Origin: a virus
Taxonomy: Duplodnaviria; Caudoviricetes
Direction: 5' to 3' (one strand)
DNA length: 64,000 nucleotides
Virus record (IMG/VR): IMGVR_UViG_3300042564_005059
Span: 31,428-95,427 of that record
The position numbers and the translations under genes are program-made. The notes beneath the pieces are model-generated. The model searched no databases, had not been told where the DNA came from, and was given only the letters and a program-made list of their open reading frames with translations. How positions within the stretch are numbered: position 1 is the stretch's first letter; each line of letters opens with the position of its first letter. Below are positions 30,181 through 39,640 of the stretch, in pieces.

Positions 30181-32361
30181 TTACATTCTATCTAAGATAT
30201 AATCTTTATCATCTGGTATGTACTTGTCAATAATTGGTTCCATATAAGGATACAACTCTTTTTTGTATAAGATACTAACCATATCATATTTATCCAATTG
30301 TCTAAGTACAGAATCTGGTAAGTATTGAATTACCTTAGGAACTGATTTAATCAAATCAATAATATAATTCATTCCAATCTTATGATATAACTGACGAGCA
30401 AGTATTGGTTTACTATATATCATACTGTATATTCTATACTCACCCATAGCGTCAAGACGCTCCTCAGGTATATAGTTTAAGGTTTTTGGGTTTTTCACTA
30501 TAATGTCTTTTAAATCATAATCAGCTAGCATGTCTATTTTATCACCTAAGTATTTAAACAATGTTGGTTGTTGTATTAACAATTTTTCTAAATCGTAGCT
30601 ACTAGTAATAAATCTTAACAATTCTGGTTTATAAACAAAAGCCTTACCTTTACCATCGTATAAAAGAGAAAATCTAAGTTTTTTAAATTCCTCTTCAGTG
30701 TCTATTGTGATATATTTATCCCTAATTAAAAAAGGTAATATTTCAGTAAATTGTAATCTTTCTAACAATTCTTGTTTTCTTTCTTCTGGTAAAGAATCAA
30801 GTATCACTTTATAAAGTTTTGGGTTAACTTCTAACATATTAGCCAATTGCCAATCTTGTATTTCTTTAAAATTATCTAACCTAACTAAGTATTTAGTTAA
30901 ATCAGGGTTGGTGTTTATTAAGATTTGTATTTGATACTTTGAAAATTTATTTAAGTTTTCTTTAACTTCTGGGTTTTTAATAATACTAGGGTCAACAACT
31001 AACCCTAAAAATGCGTCATATTCATTAGAAAAATCATATCTGTTTGCATTTATTTTAGCCTCTGGTAATATTTTTTTAATTAGGGTAACTTCATCGTAGT
31101 CTAATAGTTTTTCATTAATACCACTATTCCAATTATCATTCGCCCCATTGTTGTGACCATTTATTCTTAACATCATGTACTTTTTAAGAGCATCTGGTGT
31201 CATAAATTGATAAAAAACATCCTCAAGTACCTTGTTGCTATCAATCTTTAATTTTATAATACGATTTATTTGAGATGGTGATAACACTTCCTCATATAAT
31301 TTTGTGTCGTAATATAAATTCACAAAATACCCAGCCTCAATAAGACTATCCATAGTTTCTTTTCTTAGACTCTTTAATTGCTCTAAGTTAAATGCCATTC
31401 TATTTGCTGCTAAATCTCTAATAAAATCACCAGAGGTAATAGGCGAACCGTTTATAACCAATTTTCCAGTATATCTATCTATAAGTTCTTGTAAGTCATC
31501 AGCAATAAAATTATCTTTAAGCTTATCCAACAATTCAGAATACTGACGTTCGTCATCAGTAATCTCTCTATATGGGAAATATTCTTCAAGCCCTTGTAAA
31601 TTAGGTAACTGTTGCTCTATATCATACCAAGACATTGCGTCACGTTGACCACCACTTCTTTCACCAGTGTTGCTTCTATCAGCAATAGCATACGCATCAC
31701 GACCACCATAATTCAATATAACCAACTTGTGCTCATCACCATTAACATTCTTTTGCAACACAAAATAAGGTGTGGCACCATAGCTAAGTCTATACGTGTT
31801 ATAATAATTAGCATCAGCTTTGGTTATACACCAAGTTTCACCCATACCATATCTTACACATTTAGCCTTGGTATCAGTGTTTAATATAAGGACTTCGTCA
31901 TCCTCATACATTATATCCTCTTGATTAGGTTTGTATATCGTAGCACCAGTACTAACTTCCTCATCTGAAATCCAACGATTGTTGTTAACCAAATCGACTA
32001 GTGTTTTCTCTAAGTCTTTAAATGAAAATGGTCTTGCTGCGTCACCCATAGAAACTATGTTGTTTATATAAGCATCTAAGTATTTTTTGGCTAAATCTTT
32101 GTTATCTGGAAAATCCTTGGTTTTTATCATTTCTTTCAATATTCCATCATACCATTTGTTAAATGTTTGCTCAAATTGTTCTTTGGTTTTATATTGCATG
32201 ATGTCGCCGAAGAATGACCTAAACAAAAAAGCAATACCCAATTTGTTTATCATATCATCAGAAGAATCGTTAAATCTTTTTGTTATGGGTTCAATAACCC
32301 TTTTGCCATAAAATTCAACAACCAACGATTCTCTAAGTAATTTTTTTATTATACTATTCAT
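30181..32361 (-). CDS. large cargo protein: KKLLRE tag, WC-motif domain, helical repeats
   Basis: MNSIIKKLLRES; YG..TWCIT..YYNTY..PYFVL; C-terminal P.L..Y repeats. Confidence 0.75.
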   Translation of the reverse strand: MNSIIKKLLRESLVVEFYGKRVIEPITKRFNDSSDDMINKLGIAFLFRSFFGDIMQYKTKEQFEQTFNKWYDGILKEMIKTKDFPDNKDLAKKYLDAYINNIVSMGDAARPFSFKDLEKTLVDLVNNNRWISDEEVSTGATIYKPNQEDIMYEDDEVLILNTDTKAKCVRYGMGETWCITKADANYYNTYRLSYGATPYFVLQKNVNGDEHKLVILNYGGRDAYAIADRSNTGERSGGQRDAMSWYDIEQQLPNLQGLEEYFPYREITDDERQYSELLDKLKDNFIADDLQELIDRYTGKLVINGSPITSGDFIRDLAANRMAFNLEQLKSLRKETMDSLIEAGYFVNLYYDTKLYEEVLSPSQINRIIKLKIDSNKVLEDVFYQFMTPDALKKYMMLRINGHNNGANDNWNSGINEKLLDYDEVTLIKKILPEAKINANRYDFSNEYDAFLGLVVDPSIIKNPEVKENLNKFSKYQIQILINTNPDLTKYLVRLDNFKEIQDWQLANMLEVNPKLYKVILDSLPEERKQELLERLQFTEILPFLIRDKYITIDTEEEFKKLRFSLLYDGKGKAFVYKPELLRFITSSYDLEKLLIQQPTLFKYLGDKIDMLADYDLKDIIVKNPKTLNYIPEERLDAMGEYRIYSMIYSKPILARQLYHKIGMNYIIDLIKSVPKVIQYLPDSVLRQLDKYDMVSILYKKELYPYMEPIIDKYIPDDKDYILDRM

Positions 32362-32363
32362 AA

Positions 32364-32966
32364 TTATACATTTCCAATTCCAAGCCATTTAGACTTTAAT
32401 TTATCATTTATCCACTCATGACCACCACCAGTTATCTTAACCGCTCTATCAACTATCAACTGTCTAAAAGGTGCTTTACCTTCTTCTGACCAATAAGACT
32501 TATTGGTTTCTTTAAAAAATGGTTTAACTTCATTCTTATCAGCAACTCTACATGGGCCATTGCAAATTACATACACATACTCAGTCCCAGTTGGAATAAT
32601 TGGGAAATATAACCCATTCTTACCTTCCTCAAGCATATCATAACCATCAACTGGCTTATAGTTACCACTCTTAGCCCCAACAACATAGTTAGGGTTAATT
32701 CGCTTCATAGCTCTCTCAAACGTATCCCTCCAACCAAATATAAATCTAGTATGTTTGAATATCTTACCATACATTGGATTTGGAACCTTGTTACCAAATT
32801 TATCCGTTATCGTCTTATTCATATAAGTATCCATAGATGATATGTAATACGCAGTACCAGTAGTCATGCGTTTTGGGTCTTGGTCTAAGAATTTTCGTAT
32901 GTCATTTGAATACCTTTCTTCGCTTACAAATTGTTCTCTAAGCAATTTTTTAATGATATTTTTCAT
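32364..32966 (-). CDS. hypothetical protein with KKLLRE tag
   Basis: MKNIIKKLLREQ. Confidence 0.75.
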   Translation of the reverse strand: MKNIIKKLLREQFVSEERYSNDIRKFLDQDPKRMTTGTAYYISSMDTYMNKTITDKFGNKVPNPMYGKIFKHTRFIFGWRDTFERAMKRINPNYVVGAKSGNYKPVDGYDMLEEGKNGLYFPIIPTGTEYVYVICNGPCRVADKNEVKPFFKETNKSYWSEEGKAPFRQLIVDRAVKITGGGHEWINDKLKSKWLGIGNV

Positions 32967-33020
32967 ATAATTGGTCTCTTTTATTCATAAATATTATATT
33001 TATCATAAAAAAGATTTATT

Positions 33021-34472
33021 ATGGCAAATGAAATCAAACTTTTTAAAACAAAGTTAAAAACACAAACTGGAGAATACCCAATAGTATACATAACTGGTGA
33101 CGTATTTCCTTATAAAGAAATTCTTAAATCAAAGAACGCAAAATGGAATAACCCAAACAAATTTTGGTTTTGGTTCTTAGGGAAAAATGAACAAGAAACA
33201 ATAGAAAAACTCATCAAACCAGCTCTTAAAGAAATTAAACAAGTACAAAACTTACCATTTGATATCGACGAGATAATACAAAACATATCCGAAAATAACC
33301 CATCAAATAACCCTGAACTTAAATTAACCAAACAAGAAGAAGAAGAAATCAAAGCTAAATTGGCCGATTTCAAAAATATGCTTGTAAACATAGAAAATGA
33401 TGAACAGTTTAAAGAAACTTTGGGAAACATCATCGCATTCAAAGGCGCGCAAGGTTACGATTTTACATTCGGAAACACAATCCTTATACTTATTCAAAAC
33501 CCTAAGGCATCAATTGTTAACAGCAGAAAAAACTGGCTTGAAAAATACAACAGAACAGTTAACGAAAATGCAAGACCACTTATGGTGTGGGCACCACAAG
33601 GAGCTAAGGTTAAAAAACCCAAAGACCAAGAAGAACAAACAAAACAAGAATACTTAAAAGCAGTTGGTAAAAAATCCTATGACGAATTAACACCTAACGA
33701 AAAAATACAATTAGATAAATTAATAAGAGGTTACACCCTAGCTTCTAAATTTACATTCGCGCCAGTATACGACGTGTCAGATACAACACAAATAGAAGGA
33801 ACCGAAGACTATATCGAAAAAGCTAGAGCAGCCAAAAAAGACATAAAATGGTACGAAGAAAATCTTATATCAGATGAAGTAAGACCAATATATCAATCAC
33901 TTATGGAATTCTGTGATGAGAAAGGTATAAAAACAGAATTAATAGACGACCTAGATGGTGCTAGAGGTTCAAGCGGTAGCGGTATAATTAAACTTCTTAA
34001 AAATGAAGGCAACGATGTCGGTCTTACCAAAACACTCGCTCACGAAATTACTCACGAATTACTTCACCAAAAATATCTATCAAACAAAGGCGACGAATCA
34101 TCTAAATTTTATATCGGTAGAGGTATAACACTACAAACCGTTGAACAACAAGCCGAACTATCAGCATGGATGTTTATGTACGCGTTCGGTTTTGATGTTA
34201 AAACAACAAGTCTTAACTATACAATCATGTGGGGTGGAAACAAAGAAAATATGGTAAGAGTGTTCGATACCGTATCTGGAGTGGTAAACTACCTTATCGA
34301 TTATGTTAACAAGAAAATAACAACACTTGACGAATCAATGGGTAACCCATCACACGGTAACCATGTCTCACCAGATGAAATAGCAAACCTTCTAGGTGTG
34401 GAAAAAGACTACAAAGAAATAATACAAAAACAACAAATAAAAGAATCACTAAGAAAAAAATTATTCATATAA
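33021..34472 (+). CDS. ArdC-like ssDNA-binding + zincin (MPTase-like) polyvalent protein
   Basis: FTFGNTILILIQNP..W....R.V..P..F..VYDVSDT; LAHEITHELLH..EQQAE; N-terminal YKEILK...AKWN..FW domain. Confidence 0.8.
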   Translation: MANEIKLFKTKLKTQTGEYPIVYITGDVFPYKEILKSKNAKWNNPNKFWFWFLGKNEQETIEKLIKPALKEIKQVQNLPFDIDEIIQNISENNPSNNPELKLTKQEEEEIKAKLADFKNMLVNIENDEQFKETLGNIIAFKGAQGYDFTFGNTILILIQNPKASIVNSRKNWLEKYNRTVNENARPLMVWAPQGAKVKKPKDQEEQTKQEYLKAVGKKSYDELTPNEKIQLDKLIRGYTLASKFTFAPVYDVSDTTQIEGTEDYIEKARAAKKDIKWYEENLISDEVRPIYQSLMEFCDEKGIKTELIDDLDGARGSSGSGIIKLLKNEGNDVGLTKTLAHEITHELLHQKYLSNKGDESSKFYIGRGITLQTVEQQAELSAWMFMYAFGFDVKTTSLNYTIMWGGNKENMVRVFDTVSGVVNYLIDYVNKKITTLDESMGNPSHGNHVSPDEIANLLGVEKDYKEIIQKQQIKESLRKKLFI

Positions 34473-34498
34473 AAATAAAGGGCCATTTGGCCCTTTTT

Positions 34499-36085
34499 TT
34501 ATTTAAAATTCTCTCTAAGCATATTCTTTATAAAAGCCTTGCTTTCATTTAAACTTATCTCACCAAGTCTTTCTTGTAACAACTCATTAAAATATTCCTC
34601 ACTAACATCAGGAATATATCTATCATCCAAATAAAAATCAGGTTTATCAATCCAACTATCAGAAACCATCTCATTAAATATACAATCACTATCATCATTA
34701 CAATTGTCAGCTATCTCTTCATAAACATCATCCTCCAATTCATCAATCAGTTTGCCCAAATCAACACGCATGCTAACACCAGTATCATCCAACTTCTCAA
34801 CACCACCATATTCCTCAAGCGAACTTTTTAATTGTTTGTATATGTAACTAATATAATCATCACGCTCAGCATCGTTGACAGATAACTGAATCGCGTTTAT
34901 AACCTCTTGGTCCTCATCATACTCCTCAATCATTTCCTCAAGACTCATACTATCATCAAATTCAACACCATTCTTTGCCGCCAGCTCCCTTAATACATTT
35001 ATTATCTCAACTGTACTCTCATTATTAACATGATACTCCAATGCACTCTTCCAATCAGCATCATAATTATCCCATAAGTCATAATCATCACCACTCAACA
35101 CACTCTTAATAACATGAGAATAATTACTGTCTACATATCTTTCAATATTATCAACAGCAATCTCAATGTTAACATACTCCTCAGGCAATTCAGGAATAAG
35201 ACCCAAAGCAAATAATTTCTTCTTAAGACTTCTCTTGTTAAACAACTCAGGACGCTTAGCAAATACCTCTTTTATAACATCATCACTGAAATCAGTCAAC
35301 TTGAAGTCACTAGCGCTATCATATTCACTACCAAACCCCTTGATAAAATAATCATCACCATTCTTTAAGAATAACAACGGATATATAAACTCATGATACT
35401 TAGCCTCAGGCTTAGAGTTCTTGCCACCCTTCATCTGATACACAATGCCATCTTTGCTTATGGCAGCAGTAAGTATTGATTTGTTAAGTGTATGCTTCTC
35501 ACTAAGCGGAATGACTTGTCTAAGAGAATAAATATCCCCAGCACCACTAGTACCACAATGACCCATACGGTCACACTCTTCTTTAGAACTTGACGTTTGC
35601 AAATCAGCCCAATAAAACCCATTGCCATTCTCATCCCTAAAGTCAAGTATAATAGGATTCTCTTCAATATAGTTAATATCACCTTGACCAACCTCCAATT
35701 CATCATGCCATTTATTTGAAGCCAAGTATAAATCCCTAAAAGATAAATTCTTATTCTCACCCAAGTTACCGTTAAGACCAACTCTAATCCAGTCCATTAT
35801 AGAAGTAATAATTTGACGGTTTGAACGAATGTATTTTTCATAGTTTAATTCGTCTATGACCATCTTGTACTTTTGTGCTTGTGTCACATTATCAGGAAAT
35901 GTGCCATGCTCATTAACCCCTTGTTCAATAATCTTGTTCCCAATCAAAACACTCAACGGACCACAAAGCCTATCCAACATGTCAGCCGACTCCTCATCCC
36001 ACCCAATCTTGTTAATGAGAATATCTTTCTTTGAAGCCTCTACAATAAGACCCTCTCTAAGTATATTGCGTATGTTTGTATTCAT
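34499..36085 (-). CDS. PcfJ-related protein with LRE tags at both ends
   Basis: S.KWH..ECDRMGHCG..YSLR..QMKG..NSKP; IRNILRE and IKNMLREN. Confidence 0.75.
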   Translation of the reverse strand: MNTNIRNILREGLIVEASKKDILINKIGWDEESADMLDRLCGPLSVLIGNKIIEQGVNEHGTFPDNVTQAQKYKMVIDELNYEKYIRSNRQIITSIMDWIRVGLNGNLGENKNLSFRDLYLASNKWHDELEVGQGDINYIEENPIILDFRDENGNGFYWADLQTSSSKEECDRMGHCGTSGAGDIYSLRQVIPLSEKHTLNKSILTAAISKDGIVYQMKGGKNSKPEAKYHEFIYPLLFLKNGDDYFIKGFGSEYDSASDFKLTDFSDDVIKEVFAKRPELFNKRSLKKKLFALGLIPELPEEYVNIEIAVDNIERYVDSNYSHVIKSVLSGDDYDLWDNYDADWKSALEYHVNNESTVEIINVLRELAAKNGVEFDDSMSLEEMIEEYDEDQEVINAIQLSVNDAERDDYISYIYKQLKSSLEEYGGVEKLDDTGVSMRVDLGKLIDELEDDVYEEIADNCNDDSDCIFNEMVSDSWIDKPDFYLDDRYIPDVSEEYFNELLQERLGEISLNESKAFIKNMLRENFK

Positions 36086-36133
36086 TTTACTTTTTTTATG
36101 TATTTATAAATATAATTTAAAACATTAAAAAAT

Positions 36134-36463
36134 ATGAAACATACCATAAAACAACTGCTAAGAGAAAACTTTGTATTCGACGATAAAGACTTCGCAAAGA
36201 ATAGACTTGCTGGCGCCGAAAAAATAATAGCAAACGCAAAAGAAAAAGGTGGCGACGCAATGCTAACATATAACCACTTTAACGTAAAACCAGCTTATTA
36301 CAAAAAAGCCATAGACGGAAAGTTTGATATAGAACAAGCCATAAAAGAATACAACGAAACTTACAACAAAATATCTCTGGATATGTCCCAAACACAATTC
36401 CAAAAAGAAGTGGGTAGACTCGAAGTGCTCGGTGAACTAATCATTAAAAACAAAACCAAATAA
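36134..36463 (+). CDS. hypothetical protein with KQLLRE tag
   Basis: MKHTIKQLLREN. Confidence 0.75.
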   Translation: MKHTIKQLLRENFVFDDKDFAKNRLAGAEKIIANAKEKGGDAMLTYNHFNVKPAYYKKAIDGKFDIEQAIKEYNETYNKISLDMSQTQFQKEVGRLEVLGELIIKNKTK

Positions 36464-36466
36464 CAC

Positions 36467-37099
36467 ATGGCCACATTAAATGTTACAATACCACACTTCT
36501 ATGCTAAGATGAGAATCGAACACATGTACCAACACGATGGTAGAGAAGGAATGCAAGACGTAATTATTTTCGGTGCCCAATCTGTAGGCGGCAAAGCACT
36601 AACCTTTCACGTAATGACAGAAGAAGGCGCCGTTAGGTCAAGAGTGCCAATCCATATGATAGCATGGAAAGAAGATACACCAAAAATGTCACTAGACCAT
36701 CTTCAACTATGGGACTGCTTTGGATACGAAATAACTTGTACCGTTTATGATTACTTATTGCAATCTAGAGTAAAAGTAGTATTCAAAGACGGAACAAATG
36801 AATGGGGTAACTATATAATGACATTTGATTGGTATGACAACCCATACTCTAACGAACCAACACAATACAAAGCAGCTCACCTAATCAAATTAGATAACGG
36901 TAACTTTGCCCTACAACCAAACAATAGACTAATGTGGAAAGACATGTCGTTTGTAACACAACCCTTTCCAGAAAAACCAGATTGGATGGTGGATGATAAA
37001 GAATGGTGCTGCGAATCAGTTTCAGATAGATGGACAATTAAAAAAGGTGACGAAAATACATACTACTATAATCTAAAAGAACAAAACAAAAATAAATAA
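36467..37099 (+). CDS. conserved phage hypothetical protein
   Basis: LQLWDCF..Y.MTFDW..KAAHLIKLDNGNFALQPNNR. Confidence 0.75.
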   Translation: MATLNVTIPHFYAKMRIEHMYQHDGREGMQDVIIFGAQSVGGKALTFHVMTEEGAVRSRVPIHMIAWKEDTPKMSLDHLQLWDCFGYEITCTVYDYLLQSRVKVVFKDGTNEWGNYIMTFDWYDNPYSNEPTQYKAAHLIKLDNGNFALQPNNRLMWKDMSFVTQPFPEKPDWMVDDKEWCCESVSDRWTIKKGDENTYYYNLKEQNKNK

Positions 37100-37100
37100 T

Positions 37101-37877
37101 ATGAAGAATATAATAAAAAAACTTCTTAGAGAACACCTATTGTTAGAAGGTAAAGCTTACCCATATCAAGAAACCGAAAAAAGTGATTACGGTGTTAAAT
37201 ATGAATTTACAGCTGACAATATACCATACATTGTTACCCTAGTCACAGATAAACAAAAAGAAACATACGAATTAGGTTTCAATGTGGCTGACGCAGAATC
37301 TGTAGCACATAGAACAAAAAAAGACTTAACTCACTTAAATAACGTTCTAGCAACATTAGACGATATTGTAAAAGACGCAGTACATAAATATAGAATTAAA
37401 AAAATAGTATTCTCTGGAGCAAGAGAACAATCAGATAGTGATATACCGTTTATTGACCCACTAAGACTTAAGGCATATTTAAGATACTTAACACAACATC
37501 ACCCCAACGCTAATATAGACAAAGATAGATTTGGAAATGCAGTTATATTCATGAATTCAATATATCCAGAAGTCTTTGAACAAAATAAAGACGATAAAGA
37601 AAAACTCTTAGACCTGTTAAAGATTATTAGCGACGAAAATCCAAATGATTGGAGATTCGATAATAACTTTGAAATTAACCAATATGACAATAAGTTACAA
37701 GGTGAAACCGACGCCATAGAAAATTCAACACATGGAGCCGCTAGAATTGAAATTAATTATTTTGATAACTATGAAGTGGAAATTGAATTCTATGACTCAG
37801 ACGAAATCTTTAATAAAGAATTTAAAAACTTTGATAAACTTTTAGAATATATCAAACACGTATTCTTAAACCAATAA
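37101..37877 (+). CDS. hypothetical protein with KKLLRE tag
   Basis: MKNIIKKLLREHLLLE. Confidence 0.75.
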   Translation: MKNIIKKLLREHLLLEGKAYPYQETEKSDYGVKYEFTADNIPYIVTLVTDKQKETYELGFNVADAESVAHRTKKDLTHLNNVLATLDDIVKDAVHKYRIKKIVFSGAREQSDSDIPFIDPLRLKAYLRYLTQHHPNANIDKDRFGNAVIFMNSIYPEVFEQNKDDKEKLLDLLKIISDENPNDWRFDNNFEINQYDNKLQGETDAIENSTHGAARIEINYFDNYEVEIEFYDSDEIFNKEFKNFDKLLEYIKHVFLNQ

Positions 37878-37880
37878 ATA

Positions 37881-37912
37881 AAGAGGTGCTAATATGGTGC
37901 CTCTTTTTTTTT
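37881..37912 (+). terminator. terminator closing the late block
   Basis: aagagg..cctctt hairpin followed by a T run. Confidence 0.7.
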
Positions 37913-38140
37913 GCCCCAAAAATTTCCCAAAAAAAATTTTTTTGAAAAAGGGCTTCTTTATATTTCACTTAGAAAAATTCCCCAGAAAAAAAAATCTTAT
38001 ATAGGTCCCTTTTTTTCATCTAAAAAAATTTTGGAAAAAAAATTTCGCGAACATCATCATGCCCCGCTCTTGGCTCGGCATGGGTAACGTAGGGGAAGGG
38101 GGGTAACGAGGAAGGGGTGTAGGGGGGTGTATAGGGGGTG
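37905..38140. other. A/T-tract array followed by a G-run cluster (terminus/origin-like)
   Basis: Repeated A5-9/T5-9 tracts with CCC spacers, then six G3-6 runs. Confidence 0.6.
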
Positions 38141-38335
38141 TATTTTGCTTGTATTGAATTATCTTTGTAAAAAGGTATATCGTGTCCAGAATTAAACAAA
38201 GTTGTTTAAAACGCTTTATTTGAGTTGCTGTAAAATAAATTAGATATACAAATAATAATATAAATTTTAACATAAATTTAACATTTAATTATAGGGCAAA
38301 AAATAAGGGCTAAATTTTAGCCCTTATTAAATTTA

Positions 38336-38896
38336 TTATCTTATCACGATATACTTAACTTTGTTAAGCGTTATTTCTTGAATGTTTGAAAGGTAAACAG
38401 TACGCCACAAAATTTCTTTTTCAGTACCTTGATTTGTCGCTTTGCTTGGTTCAGGCAAATAGTTTTTAACTTGGTCAAAACTCACTTTTTTATCATCAGC
38501 AAAATATTCCGTAGTAGGTTTAACATTATCATTTGGTCGGTATCTAACAACCGACTTTTGATTTTTTACATTTCTACAAAAGAAATCGTTATTGCCAAAA
38601 AATTCTAATTCCATAACCGCCTCGCCTCGTTTGTAGTCCGTTTCGGGTTTATCTTCTCGCTTTAATTGATTAATAACTTGTTTTTCGTAATCAGCGTTAA
38701 AAATACAACTTACTTTACTTTGCTTTTGAATAACCGCAAAAGGGTTTTTTTCTTTTGTTACTCTGTCTTTTACTAACGCTTTTGGTATAGTAGTTTGAAA
38801 GATAGTACCAAAAACCGCCATACCTTGAACAACTTTAAAATTTTGTAGAATTGCTTGTAATTCTAACTCTGTAACTCTTAAAACTTGATTTTCCAT
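38336..38896 (-). CDS. hypothetical early protein
   Basis: ATG downstream of a TATATTTG promoter at 38944; terminator at 38304-38327. Confidence 0.8.
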   Translation of the reverse strand: MENQVLRVTELELQAILQNFKVVQGMAVFGTIFQTTIPKALVKDRVTKEKNPFAVIQKQSKVSCIFNADYEKQVINQLKREDKPETDYKRGEAVMELEFFGNNDFFCRNVKNQKSVVRYRPNDNVKPTTEYFADDKKVSFDQVKNYLPEPSKATNQGTEKEILWRTVYLSNIQEITLNKVKYIVIR

Positions 38897-39028
38897 AATA
38901 AATAAATTTAGATTAAAAAATGATTTTTTGTCTTTTTGACGTTGCAAATATACAAAATAAATTTAATTACAACTAAAAAATAAAAAAAAGTTTTATTTTT
39001 TTTTTTATTAAATTTAATAATAATAATA

Positions 39029-39280
<252 letters not shown>

Positions 39281-39313
39281 TGGTTGTTTAATTTATTTGC
39301 TGCTGCTTAATGT

Positions 39314-39495
39314 TATTTAATTTATTCACGTGGTTTAATTAATTTACTTTTGTTATTCACGTGGTTTAATTTATTTGCCTTGCACGTGGTTTAATTAATT
39401 TACTTTTGTTATTCACGTGGTTTAATTTATTCACGTGGTTTAATTTATTCACGTGGTTTAATTCATCAAGTTTAATTTATTTGCCTTGCACGTGG
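39314..39495. repeat. 7x CACGTGG(TTTAATT) direct repeats
   Basis: Copies at 39327, 39358, 39383, 39414, 39432, 39450, 39489. Confidence 0.95.
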
Positions 39496-39640
39496 GCGCT
39501 GACACAAAAGTGTACATAGACACGTTTTAAAGCGTTATTTTTTAGTTTTGGTATCAATATACCATTTTTATATAAAAACGCTTTAAACAATAAAAAAACG
39601 CCCTTTTGGGGCGTTTCTTGGTTGTTGTGTTGTTTGTGGT

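Noticed and set aside
7355-36113. T4-type late promoter TATAAATA
   Set aside because: It lies on the antisense strand of the downstream genes; the sense motif is ATATTTAT.
38016-38273. 85-aa Pro-rich ORF
   Set aside because: By-product of the G-runs; no credible leader.
39327-39495. Canonical parS sites
   Set aside because: Only the CACGTG core matches; the flanks do not form the 16-bp TGTT(T/C)CACGTG(A/G)AACA palindrome.
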